A stretch of 64,000 nt of DNA from a virus. The translations under genes were made by a program, and so were the position numbers. The stretch lies in the IMG/VR virus record IMGVR_UViG_3300031227_007858. One strand, written 5' to 3'. This document shows, piece by piece, positions 37,665 to 46,879 of this stretch (the stretch's first letter is position 1; every line of letters begins with the position of its first letter). The notes beneath the pieces were generated by a model. That model did not search any database, was not told the origin of the DNA, and saw nothing but the letters and a program-made list of their open reading frames with translations.

Positions 37665-37873
37665 TTTTTCTTTATTTTTTCTTTTAATTTTTTAATGAAT
37701 TCAGCATCTTGTTTATCTCTTTTTATTTGATATTCTTTTGCTTCTTTATTACATTTATCTTTACATTTCTCACATAAATCCATCTCTACTACTGTAACAC
37801 AAGTACCAATACGATAATCAATTCCTATACTAGTTATTTTTTCTTCACACTTATCACAATTATAGTTTTTCAT
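37661..37873 (-). CDS. Zinc-ribbon mini-protein
   Basis: CDKCEEK...CEKCKDKC. Confidence 0.35.
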   Translation of the reverse strand: MKNYNCDKCEEKITSIGIDYRIGTCVTVVEMDLCEKCKDKCNKEAKEYQIKRDKQDAEFIKKLKEKIKKK

Positions 37874-38193
37874 TTATTACTCCTTATCTTCTTATTAAAT
37901 TTCGGATTACATATTTCACAAATAAAATGCTTGCATCCATTTTCAGGCTCCTTTCGTTCTTTTAATAAGTTACAATAACCTTTACTACAATATACCGCTC
38001 CTTTTACAATTTCACCATCCACTACAGTATCTTCCCCATTATAATCATAATATACACAATAATCGCATATATCATAGTTACAATGTCTTTCAATCAAGTT
38101 TTCCATATTGTTCCCCCTAAAAATTTGGATATAATGTTTATTCCAAACATTTTTGTTAGTTGCTCTATATGTGTCACCTTTTCCTGCACTCAT
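37870..38193 (-). CDS. Cys-rich mini-protein
   Basis: CNYDICDYC...CSKGYC...CKHFICEIC. Confidence 0.35.
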   Translation of the reverse strand: MSAGKGDTYRATNKNVWNKHYIQIFRGNNMENLIERHCNYDICDYCVYYDYNGEDTVVDGEIVKGAVYCSKGYCNLLKERKEPENGCKHFICEICNPKFNKKIRSNK

Positions 38194-38206
38194 TTATTTT
38201 AATAGT

Positions 38207-38285
38207 TGGCAGGGGTAGAAAGAATCGAACTTTCCCAATGAGATTTGGAATCTCATTCGCCTTTATCCTTGGAACATGTACCCCC
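38207..38285 (-). tRNA. tRNA-Trp (anticodon CCA) candidate, 79 nt, with an irregular D-arm
   Basis: Minus strand reads GGGGGTA...[AC stem (A)TGAGA / loop TTCCAAA / TCTCA(T)]...T-arm GAAAG-TTCGATT-CTTTC, acceptor TACCCCT, G, CCA. U33 and A37 are present. The D-stem pairs poorly. Confidence 0.5.
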
Positions 38286-39644
38286 AAGTAATTTTGTAAA
38301 ATTTGTATAATAATGCTCTAAACTAGGAGCATTATCTTTTAAAATACTTTTATAAAAGGATATCTCAGGATAGAACCTATCTTCTATTAAACCTTCATTT
38401 ATACACACATTTCTTATCTTGGTACCATAGTATGGAGCCAGTATAGCAAGCCCTACGCTGTCTGGTTGGCACTTTTTTAAGAAACTAATAGTATCACCTA
38501 GGTTAGCATCGTTTTCATCAGGAAATCCCATCATAATGTTTGCTGTAGTCCTTATTCCTATTTTTTTACAGTTTTTAAAAGCCTGTATGTAAGTCTCGTT
38601 TTTAATAGGTTTATTGAGCATAGTTTTCCTAAACCACTCATTCCCTACTTCTACACCGATAGAGATAGTATCACAATTACTATCTTTTAAAGCTTGTAAT
38701 TTACTCATATCAAGTAAACTATCTGCTCTTGTTTGTATAAAGAATGGCAGATTAATTCTTTTATAACCCTTTATAAACTTTTTAAATCTATCTCTGCTCA
38801 TTGTTAAAAAGTTCTCATCATGAAACCAGATTAATTCTAGATTATGCCAACTAGTCAATAAACTAATTTCCAATAATGAATCCATAATATCTTTTTCTCT
38901 ACGATATTTACCACAATCTTTAAATAACTCTTGATATGTAGAATTAACACAAAAACTACATTGATGAGGACATCCTCTACTCATCTCAAAACACCCTGTT
39001 CTCCACATTTTACCTCTATAAGGTTTTAGCAAATGTCTCTCATCAAATACTTCCCAATTTTGATAAGTAAAAGGTTTCCAATCATAAAAATCAGTTTGTA
39101 AATTAACTGTTATTTTTTTATTACCATTTTTAATAGCCAATCCTTTTATCTTTTTAATACTATCTCCAGACTCTAATTTATTAGCTAATTCTACAATAGC
39201 TCTTTCTCCTTCTCCACCACATAAAATATCTACATTTTTATCTTGAATAAAAAACTGTGGGGCTACTGTTGGAAATATACCTCCTACAATTATAGGTATA
39301 TTAAAGTATCTTTTTATGTGAGACATTAATTTTTTAGCTAAAGTATAATTGTTCTCTACAATAGATACTCCTACTAATTTAGGATTGAAATCTTTTATTA
39401 TATTACATAATTCTTGATATACATCTTTTTTATCTTTACTCCATATACTTTCAGCTTCAGTGTGTTGTACTAATCCTAACTTTTCTCTTTCTTTATGGTC
39501 AATGTAAGATTTTTCCATCATAAATGTAGTATCAAATATTTTTACATCATGTCTAGCATCTCTTAATACTCCTGCAAGTACACTTAATCCGAGAGGTATC
39601 ATTGGATAAGATTCTTTATTTGGATAAACTAATAATATGTTCAT
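38253..39644 (-). CDS. B12-binding radical SAM enzyme (class B-like)
   Basis: N-terminal MNILLVYPNKESYPMIPLGLSVLAGVLRDARHDVKIFD (B12-binding-like domain) plus MSRGCPHQCSFC (CxxxCxxC). The 3' end overlaps the tRNA-Trp candidate by about 33 nt. Confidence 0.7.
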   Translation of the reverse strand: MNILLVYPNKESYPMIPLGLSVLAGVLRDARHDVKIFDTTFMMEKSYIDHKEREKLGLVQHTEAESIWSKDKKDVYQELCNIIKDFNPKLVGVSIVENNYTLAKKLMSHIKRYFNIPIIVGGIFPTVAPQFFIQDKNVDILCGGEGERAIVELANKLESGDSIKKIKGLAIKNGNKKITVNLQTDFYDWKPFTYQNWEVFDERHLLKPYRGKMWRTGCFEMSRGCPHQCSFCVNSTYQELFKDCGKYRREKDIMDSLLEISLLTSWHNLELIWFHDENFLTMSRDRFKKFIKGYKRINLPFFIQTRADSLLDMSKLQALKDSNCDTISIGVEVGNEWFRKTMLNKPIKNETYIQAFKNCKKIGIRTTANIMMGFPDENDANLGDTISFLKKCQPDSVGLAILAPYYGTKIRNVCINEGLIEDRFYPEISFYKSILKDNAPSLEHYYTNFTKLLGGTCSKDKGE

Positions 39645-39980
39645 TTATTTTATTTTTTTATAATCTTGACAATTGTATCGTTTACATATTTCTGGTCTTT
39701 TATCATATATTTTACAAGAGTAATCTCCTTTTTTATATGACAAATATTTACAAGTTAAAGGAATACTTAAAGCTAAATACTCTTTACCATCTTGTCTAGT
39801 TATTATAGGATCACATCTATGATAAGATAACCAATTAGCTCTATCCATTAAAATCTCTCTATTCTCATCTGTAATTTCCCACAGATTTAAAAAAGCATCT
39901 ACACAGCACTTACCACATCTTTTACAAGAATTATTTGTTATTTCTTTTTCCGATTGTTTTGTAGTCTTTGACTTTTTCAC
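39645..39980 (-). CDS. YkgJ/UPF0153-like CxxCxxCC putative Fe/Zn-binding protein
   Basis: CKRCGKCC, then distal CKY...C...CKRY Cys residues. Start abuts the radical SAM gene's stop (39644/39645). Confidence 0.4.
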   Translation of the reverse strand: MKKSKTTKQSEKEITNNSCKRCGKCCVDAFLNLWEITDENREILMDRANWLSYHRCDPIITRQDGKEYLALSIPLTCKYLSYKKGDYSCKIYDKRPEICKRYNCQDYKKIK

Positions 39981-39989
39981 TATAACTCC

Positions 39990-40265
39990 TTAGTTAAATA
40001 ATATTCTTTTACAAAACTTATAAATCTCTTTAGTTGTATATTTATAATAATAACCTTTAACTATATGCATTGGTATTAAACTTATGCTATACCAGCGTTG
40101 TTTTACTATTCGATACCAAAATCTTTGTAGAAAACTATCTTCTTTCATTAATCTATTTTCATAAAGATAAGAAAAAATAGATAGTATATCGAATATGTTA
40201 TATATATCTCCTACAAAAGGATTTATTACTAACTCTATATGATTTCTTCCTTGTTTTGTTCTCAT
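39990..40265 (-). CDS. Hypothetical protein
   Basis: ORF with no recognised motif. Confidence 0.3.
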   Translation of the reverse strand: MRTKQGRNHIELVINPFVGDIYNIFDILSIFSYLYENRLMKEDSFLQRFWYRIVKQRWYSISLIPMHIVKGYYYKYTTKEIYKFCKRILFN

Positions 40266-40324
40266 TTAATCTCTAAATAAAAATATCAAAGCCCATACAA
40301 TCATAATTATAATTAATAATATCT

Positions 40325-41020
40325 TCACAATATCTCCTGTTTCATAAATGTTCTACATATTTCTAATGTTTCCTTGTCATCTATTTCAAATCCTCTAGCT
40401 AGAGGCATTTCATAAAGTACTATTTTACCACCTAACCTATTATTATACTTTTGTAATATTTCTGGTTTAAATATGTAAATTGAACCATTATCAAAGAAAT
40501 TATGGTCTGTTACTTGTCTAGGTTTTCTATTATCTAAATCATGTCCTAAAGGAGTAAATGAACCATCTTCATGTTTAGTCCAAGCACATAAATGAAAGAA
40601 AGGACTAACTGACATTAAACTATCAGCTTCTTCTTTAATAATCATTTTTAAAGCATTATCAATATCACTTGTTAATCTTACTGGAGAAGTACATTGTAAA
40701 AACACTACATAATCTATAGGGCAATACCAATCATAATCTTTTTTTATTGTTTTTATAGCATGTTTAATAGCATCTTCAGATGAAGCAGTATCAGTAGATA
40801 GTTCATCGGGTCTCTTAATAACCCTTGCTCCAGCATGTTCCGATGCAATTGTAATATCTTTCATATCATCAGTAGATATAAAAACACCATTAATATATTT
40901 ACTTTTATGTGCTTGCTCTATACTCCAAGTAATTAAGGGTTTACCACAGAAATCTATAACATTTTTTCCTGGTAACCCTTTACTTCCTCCACGAGCTGGT
41001 ATTATGCATATTATATTCAT
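40325..41020 (-). CDS. CMP-nonulosonate / CMP-KDO-type cytidylyltransferase (NeuA/PseF/LegF/KdsB family)
   Basis: MNIICIIPARGGSKGLPGKNVIDFCGKPLITWSIEQA...GVFISTDD is near-canonical for the family. Confidence 0.75.
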   Translation of the reverse strand: MNIICIIPARGGSKGLPGKNVIDFCGKPLITWSIEQAHKSKYINGVFISTDDMKDITIASEHAGARVIKRPDELSTDTASSEDAIKHAIKTIKKDYDWYCPIDYVVFLQCTSPVRLTSDIDNALKMIIKEEADSLMSVSPFFHLCAWTKHEDGSFTPLGHDLDNRKPRQVTDHNFFDNGSIYIFKPEILQKYNNRLGGKIVLYEMPLARGFEIDDKETLEICRTFMKQEIL

Positions 41021-41027
41021 TTTAATA

Positions 41028-41330
41028 TTATACTTTTTCTTTTATTATTTTAATAATATCTTGTTTTTTTACTTCAAATATACCATTTTTATTTTTAATT
41101 GTGAAATATTGTTGTGTACGGTAATCTAGATGCCCACATCCCTCCCACTCATCACGATATGGTATGGTTTCTTCTCTGCTATTAATTATTTTACCAATTT
41201 GTCCTATTGCAAATCCACAAACAACTTTAACTTTACCTCCTAAAATAAAATTATTATGCATATTTTCACATTCCGAACACTCTGAACCTCTTCCCCAACC
41301 AGTATCTATTCCACATTTACATCTTCCCAT
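41028..41330 (-). CDS. Cys-rich hypothetical protein
   Basis: CKCGIDTGWGRGSECSEC. Confidence 0.35.
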   Translation of the reverse strand: MGRCKCGIDTGWGRGSECSECENMHNNFILGGKVKVVCGFAIGQIGKIINSREETIPYRDEWEGCGHLDYRTQQYFTIKNKNGIFEVKKQDIIKIIKEKV

Positions 41331-41643
41331 TTAACACCTCCAAATTAGGTATAGGGTTTGCAATTATAGTATCTTCCTTACTTACTATTAATGGTTTCAT
41401 TGTGTCATGTAACTCATTGTAACACTCTTTACATACCTCTATTTCTTTTACTATCTCATTGCCCTTACTAGTTTTTGTAATAGTATTTCTTCCTTTCTGT
41501 ACTTCAAATTCATATTCTTTTTTTCTAATTTCACTTATTATTTTATTAATAGGCTCTCTTGGTTTACTAACTTTACCACACTCTTGACACTTATACATTA
41601 TTTGCCTCCATAAATTTTTGTAAATACTGTAACGGGTTTTCAC
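41317..41643 (-). CDS. Zinc-ribbon hypothetical protein
   Basis: CQECGK...CKECY. Confidence 0.35.
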   Translation of the reverse strand: MKTRYSIYKNLWRQIMYKCQECGKVSKPREPINKIISEIRKKEYEFEVQKGRNTITKTSKGNEIVKEIEVCKECYNELHDTMKPLIVSKEDTIIANPIPNLEVLNGKM

Positions 41644-41941
41644 ATAACACCATTTGTTGGAGATGGTATTCCCAATCCTCTAATTTTTTACCTGAGCCAT
41701 CATAGTAAGAAGAAATACTCTTACTATCTCTAAATCCAAAAAAGGCTTTAGCAAAATCATGAGAAAAAACAATTTCTGGCATACTTAATTCAAGCATTAC
41801 AAATGAATCTCCATATTCTAAGATTACAGATTCATCTCCTAACTCAACTACTTCCCAAGGAGTATCAAATCGTTCAGGTATTTCCCAGCCATTTTTCAGA
41901 GCTTTCCCAATTGCTTTGGTTAAAATCTTTTCATTTGTCAT
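41591..41941 (-). CDS. Hypothetical protein
   Basis: ORF with no recognised motif. Confidence 0.35.
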   Translation of the reverse strand: MTNEKILTKAIGKALKNGWEIPERFDTPWEVVELGDESVILEYGDSFVMLELSMPEIVFSHDFAKAFFGFRDSKSISSYYDGSGKKLEDWEYHLQQMVLCENPLQYLQKFMEANNV

Positions 41942-41960
41942 TTTAAAATTATTCTCCTAT

Positions 41961-42185
41961 TTAACGATTTATTCCTGCAAATGCTCCTATGATATCAGGG
42001 TATGGTAATTTTGGATTAATAGGAGCTCCTATTGACTCGGCTAACCATTTGTATACATCTATAACTATATAATCTGTTTTTCTAGGTCTTCCAACTCCAC
42101 TATATGTTTCTTCATCTATAATAGCTGCATACAATATTTTGTTTTCTATAAACTCGTAAGATTTGTTCATTTTAAAAATCTCCAT
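41961..42185 (-). CDS. Hypothetical protein
   Basis: ORF with no recognised motif. Confidence 0.35.
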   Translation of the reverse strand: MEIFKMNKSYEFIENKILYAAIIDEETYSGVGRPRKTDYIVIDVYKWLAESIGAPINPKLPYPDIIGAFAGINR

Positions 42186-42192
42186 TAAAATA

Positions 42193-42909
42193 TTATTTGT
42201 TAAAATTAATTATCCCATTTTTTACTTTAATTAAATCCTTTAACTCGTGTTCCCAAATAATTAACAATTTATATCCATATTTTCTATAAGCTTTCAATCT
42301 TCTAACATCTCTTTTAACTACTTCTTTTCTGCTGTGCCAGTAGTCACCATATAATTCTATTATTTTCTTTTGACTATTAACATTAATAAAGTCTGGATTA
42401 AAACCACCAATTATTACTTTACCATCCCCAACATATTTATATTCATTTGGCAGTGTTTTGTTTAATATTCCAATTAGTATTTTTTCTGGTTTATTTGGAG
42501 TAATTTTTAAAGCCTTTATTATTTTCTTAATAATTATATCTCTATATTTTACATTTTCCCATTTTAATTTAGAAGCACAAGAACCACAATACATGTTTCT
42601 CAGTCCTATCTTTTTATTACAAATAATACATTTTGGTCTCTCTATATAATTCCAACTTAATTCATCTTTTTTACCATGATAGGGGTTTAATACTCCTTTT
42701 TTACTGCAACTCCTACATCTTATAGCATAACAATTAGTTAATTGTTTATCGCAATCTATACAAAAATTTTTCTTTTTAGTTCTCCCATCTATATATTTGT
42801 AACTTCTATCTCCTACTGTCATATGATGTTTGCAATATATAGCATAATGATTTTGTAAGTCTTTACCACATAACTTACAGGTTGGATTTTTTCTATATTT
42901 TCTTTTCAT
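42193..42909 (-). mobile_element. Freestanding homing endonuclease: CxxC zinc ribbons plus Vsr-like nuclease (third paralog)
   Basis: CKLCGK/CKHH, CIDCDKQLTNCYAIRCRSC, CIICNKK...CGSC. Then ITPNKPEKILIGILNKTLPNEYKYVGDGKVIIGGFNPDFINVNSQKKIIELYGDYWH...YGYKLLIIWEHELKDL. Confidence 0.6.
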
Positions 42910-43074
42910 TTAGAAAAAAATTTCCCACCGTAGAAAATAAAGAAGTTAGCTAAAGCAATCCCTAGATTAATAGATGCTTGATGCCATCTTCTTAATATTA
43001 AACTAGCTAACCCTGCTATTACAAACACTAATATAGCCATCGGTTGTACTGCATTAAGTATAAATAATGCTATT

Positions 43075-43293
43075 TTATTCATGTTCGTACATTGTTTTTA
43101 AATTATCTATATCTTGCATTGATACTTGTCCCATATCAACTCTAAATATTCTTGGTTCTATTAAAAGTTTTATTGTTTCTATTATTGTGTTTCTTTCTTT
43201 TTGATTTAATTTTTCTAATTTATCTAGATATTTATCAAGAACTTTAATAATTGGACTTTCTATTATCCCTATTTTTTTATCTATTATTTTCAT
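43075..43293 (-). CDS. Hypothetical protein
   Basis: ORF with no recognised motif. Confidence 0.35.
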   Translation of the reverse strand: MKIIDKKIGIIESPIIKVLDKYLDKLEKLNQKERNTIIETIKLLIEPRIFRVDMGQVSMQDIDNLKTMYEHE

Positions 43294-43667
43294 TTTTCCT
43301 CCAACAACTTAGAATTTTCATATATATTACCTACTACCTCTATTGGACAGCTTATTGGACACCATTCATCCATATTTTGAAAATTTCCACTTTTCCTTTT
43401 TTTATTTTCATATAAAAACACTCCAAAAGCACTACCAATATATTCTACCACTTCTAATTGATGATGATTATATAGTTTTACAATATCACCTTCATATATC
43501 TCTTTTTTATCTTTTCCTATTATACCAGTAAATTGCATAAGTACCATATTTATACTATCTTCATATCTTTCATGTATTAAAGGTATTTTAATTCTTAAAT
43601 CTATATTTAATACTTCAGTCATATATTTTCTTTTTGTGTCCCAAGCTCTGAATTTAATCTCTCTCAT
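43290..43667 (-). CDS. YopX-family protein (paralog 1 of 5)
   Basis: Starts MREIKFRAWD and ends VVGNIYENSKLLEEK. Confidence 0.65.
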   Translation of the reverse strand: MREIKFRAWDTKRKYMTEVLNIDLRIKIPLIHERYEDSINMVLMQFTGIIGKDKKEIYEGDIVKLYNHHQLEVVEYIGSAFGVFLYENKKRKSGNFQNMDEWCPISCPIEVVGNIYENSKLLEEK

Positions 43668-44017
43668 TTTTCTTCCAGTAACTCAGGATTCTCGTATATA
43701 TTTCCTATTACTTCTATTGTCTTATTGCATTGGTTTAAATCTACTTCGTATTCATTAGACCAAGAAACATAAGCACCCTCATAAAACTTCACGAAAGTAG
43801 CTAAACCATTGGAATAAATTATATCCCCCTCATATATCTCTACCTTATTTTTGTCGAGTAATCCTGTATAATCAAGTGGAATATACCTATCATCACAACC
43901 CCCTAAAATTAACTCTAAAAACTCTTGCATATTACAGATAATTTCAAAAGGAATATCACACATACTAATCATTACATTGTTCTCTGTGTCCCAAATTTTA
44001 AATTTTCTCTCTCGCAT
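43664..44017 (-). CDS. YopX-family protein (paralog 2)
   Basis: MRERKFKIWD ... VIGNIYENPELLEEK. Confidence 0.65.
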   Translation of the reverse strand: MRERKFKIWDTENNVMISMCDIPFEIICNMQEFLELILGGCDDRYIPLDYTGLLDKNKVEIYEGDIIYSNGLATFVKFYEGAYVSWSNEYEVDLNQCNKTIEVIGNIYENPELLEEK

Positions 44018-44421
44018 TATTTCTTCTCCAAAAGCTCAGGAGTTTCATATATATTGCCGATTATTTCAAATTGCTCCCAATCACATTCAAAAGAAAATCC
44101 ACTCTCATTATCAACACAGTAGAAATTATCTCTCCCATATACTACTTTAGCTTTCCATCCTGCTTCATCTGTTTTAACAATATCACCTTCACATATTTCT
44201 ACTCCTTTAGAATCTTTAACTCCAACATATTGCATAATAGCATAATGGCTCAAAACATCATCTATCCCATAAACACAATCTGGTATTATTATTTCACCAT
44301 AAGCATTTAAATAGAAATTAGTACACATTTCTTTTAATATGTTATCCCATGCTCTAAATCTAATTTCTCTCATTGTTTTCTCCTTATCTATAAAATATCC
44401 ACTTTTTATAACCCCACGCAA
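44017..44421 (-). CDS. YopX-family protein (paralog 3)
   Basis: MREIRFRAWD (after a short leader) ... IIGNIYETPELLEKK. Confidence 0.65.
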   Translation of the reverse strand: MRGVIKSGYFIDKEKTMREIRFRAWDNILKEMCTNFYLNAYGEIIIPDCVYGIDDVLSHYAIMQYVGVKDSKGVEICEGDIVKTDEAGWKAKVVYGRDNFYCVDNESGFSFECDWEQFEIIGNIYETPELLEKK

Positions 44422-44709
44422 ATTCTACACCATTATCAAAAAAGAAAATATGAAATTGTCTTTTACATGGTTTACAATCTGAAAAATCCCATCTTTTTAA
44501 CTTCCATTTTCTTTTTTTCTTCATTTTTTATTCCATACTAATTTTGGCAGTTTGTAACAGATTATTATTTTAAACTCATTAGGAAAAGTTTTTCTACCTT
44601 CTTCAATTTTAAATATTTCATAACCATTTTTTGTAAGTGTGTTTAATTTATTTTCCAAATCATCTTCCTTTACTTCTACAACCTTCCATTTTTTCATTGC
44701 TTTCTCCGT

Positions 44710-45327
44710 TTATTCAATACTCACAAAATTATCAATTGATTTATTAAGATTTTTCATAATTTTATTAACATACTGTTCTTCTTTCTTATAATCGTGATTT
44801 CCAAATATTTCTTTTCTCTCCCAGCTCTCTGTTTCATAAAAATCAAATCCAAATAGAGTTAAAGATTTAAATGCTAGATACTTATATATAAAGTAAAAAG
44901 CTATACATCCTGTTGATGGATTACTACCTAATTCTTTTCTTAAATCTTCTAATGCTTCATCTCCAAATAATATAGCACCTTCTTCTTTAATACCCATATA
45001 TCTACCAGTACTCCATACTTTAAAAGGAGTCAATATATGTTTAGTATTTTTAAATATACTTCCTAAAAACAATACATCTGTTTTAGTACCTATTTTATCT
45101 CTGTATTTATCTTCTTCAGGAAATGCTTGATTAATTCTACATACTATATCATAATTATCAATATCTTTAGGAGTATCTAATACTGTTTTAGAGTTACCTA
45201 TTAAACAAATATCTTTACCTTGAGTATAATAAAATAATTCTTCTAAAGATTCATAAGACAAATCTAGTATTTTTTTAGAAGGCTCTGGTAAGTCTATTTT
45301 GATACTAGATATTAGATTTTTTCGCAT
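44710..45327 (-). CDS. Cst-II/Maf-like transferase (GT42 / DUF115-like), paralog 5
   Basis: ICLIGNSKTVL...DIVCRINQAF and TGCIAFYFIYKYLAFKSLTLFGFDFY. Confidence 0.4.
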   Translation of the reverse strand: MRKNLISSIKIDLPEPSKKILDLSYESLEELFYYTQGKDICLIGNSKTVLDTPKDIDNYDIVCRINQAFPEEDKYRDKIGTKTDVLFLGSIFKNTKHILTPFKVWSTGRYMGIKEEGAILFGDEALEDLRKELGSNPSTGCIAFYFIYKYLAFKSLTLFGFDFYETESWERKEIFGNHDYKKEEQYVNKIMKNLNKSIDNFVSIE

Positions 45328-45453
45328 GTTGATAATCCCTCCTTATTTTGTCGGTCGTTACTTGACCTGTAATTCTATTTTTATAATAGCCTCTTTTCTC
45401 TAACTCACTATATCCTTCAATACTTTTTCTTAATCGTTTTGCTCTTTTCCCAC

Positions 45454-45873
45454 TCATAGTCTCTCCATTAGTTCTATTAGGTTACCATCTAAGTCTCTAC
45501 AGAAACACACTTTACTTGTTTTGTTCTTATCTTTTGTCGGCTTACTGTAAAATTTAATATTCTTTTTTAATCTTTTATATATCTTATTTATATCATCAAC
45601 TAATAAACAAATATGCCCAAAATTAGTATTTAGTGTTTGCTTAGGCTCAAACTCATAAAGCTCTAATGATGGTGGATATGGAGGCTTATCTTGCACCTCA
45701 CTAACCATTTTTACATATGTTACTTTTTTTATCTTATTAGCATATATTTTTTTACAATAATCTGCTGGCAATTGGGTTATTTTTAAAAACTTTAATTCTA
45801 ATTGCTCATAAAATTTAATTGCTTTATTTAAATTAGATACTACAATACATATGTGATTAATTTCTTTAATCAT
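45454..45873 (-). CDS. VOC-family (glyoxalase / bleomycin-resistance / dioxygenase fold) protein
   Basis: INHICIVVSNLNKAIKFYEQ ... FGHICLLVDDINKIYKRL ... DLDGNLIELMER shows the two-module VOC pattern. Confidence 0.55.
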   Translation of the reverse strand: MIKEINHICIVVSNLNKAIKFYEQLELKFLKITQLPADYCKKIYANKIKKVTYVKMVSEVQDKPPYPPSLELYEFEPKQTLNTNFGHICLLVDDINKIYKRLKKNIKFYSKPTKDKNKTSKVCFCRDLDGNLIELMERL

Positions 45874-46297
45874 TTTTTTCTAAAAGTTCAGGATTCTCAT
45901 ATATATTACCAATTATCTCATTATCTTCATCTCCAAGTGTCAATAAATCAAAATTGTAATCTCCATACTCTTCAGGGAATTTTCCTAAATATCTTTTAAC
46001 TAATTGAGGAATACCATGTTTATGCCATTCTACTACTACAATATTATTACCATTTATTAAACCTTCCATGCTTGTTCTATCTATATCAAGTTTTAATATG
46101 TCTCCATCATATATCTCAACTTCGTTTGCTTTAAGCCCTGTGTATTGCATAAGAATTAGATTATTTATTTCAATACTATAACCATCCCACATATATCCAA
46201 GCATATCGTCTACACCAAATTCCCACACATCTATCGCCTTTAACATTTTTTTGTTCACTTTATCCCAAGCTCTAAATTTAATTTCTCTATTCATCAA
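45866..46297 (-). CDS. YopX-family protein (paralog 4)
   Basis: MMNREIKFRAWD ... IIGNIYENPELLEKND. Confidence 0.65.
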   Translation of the reverse strand: MMNREIKFRAWDKVNKKMLKAIDVWEFGVDDMLGYMWDGYSIEINNLILMQYTGLKANEVEIYDGDILKLDIDRTSMEGLINGNNIVVVEWHKHGIPQLVKRYLGKFPEEYGDYNFDLLTLGDEDNEIIGNIYENPELLEKND

Positions 46298-46598
46298 AAA
46301 ACTCCTCTGGTTTTATAGCTTTATCATCTATAAAGCAATCTGCCTCGATTTTTCCCATAATTAATTCATGAAATTTACAACCCCATAAATTCAATTGTGC
46401 TTTTGTTACTTTATACCAATCTATACCAGTTTTAGTGCCCCTAGCAGTGTGATAAATAATATAGTTTTTTTGGTTATAAAGTGCATTAATCTTTTTAATC
46501 CTTTCTTTAAAAGGTTTAGCTTTAGTATAATCTCTCTCTTGAGAACAAATAGTGTTGTCGATATCTATACAAAATTTCATGCTACTGGACACCCCCAA
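46287..46598 (-). CDS. HAD-superfamily phosphatase-like small protein (second copy)
   Basis: FCIDIDNTIC (DxDxT) ... CFIDDKAI. Confidence 0.4.
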   Translation of the reverse strand: MGVSSSMKFCIDIDNTICSQERDYTKAKPFKERIKKINALYNQKNYIIYHTARGTKTGIDWYKVTKAQLNLWGCKFHELIMGKIEADCFIDDKAIKPEEFFDE

Positions 46599-46879
46599 TA
46601 TTCTTTATTTATAAAAGATTCTTTATCAGATATTAGCTGAAGTTGTTTACATTTAAAACCTTTATGATGTTTACGTTTACCACGATTTACTTGGCACATT
46701 TTACTAAAAGATAAGTTATTCCCTCTACAAAATTTTTTGATACCATAAATAATTTTTTGCTCACTGTCAGGAAAAGTAATTAAATATTTTGTTCGATATT
46801 TTCCCCAAGATGGATTATTACTATAGTTGACAGGTCTTCTTGAATCTAAATATATGTAGGTATAGAATTTATTTTTCAA
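46577..46879 (-). CDS. Hypothetical basic protein; weak GIY-YIG-like N-terminus
   Basis: KFYTYIYLDSRRPVNYSNNPSWGKY...IIYGI is faintly reminiscent of GIY-(x10)-YIG. Not secure. Confidence 0.2.
   Translation of the reverse strand: MKNKFYTYIYLDSRRPVNYSNNPSWGKYRTKYLITFPDSEQKIIYGIKKFCRGNNLSFSKMCQVNRGKRKHHKGFKCKQLQLISDKESFINKEYWGCPVA

Noticed and set aside
46577-46879. GIY-YIG homing endonuclease call
   Set aside because: Only a faint YxY...YIG-like resemblance at the N-terminus and no downstream conserved Arg/Glu motif visible. Kept at very low confidence.
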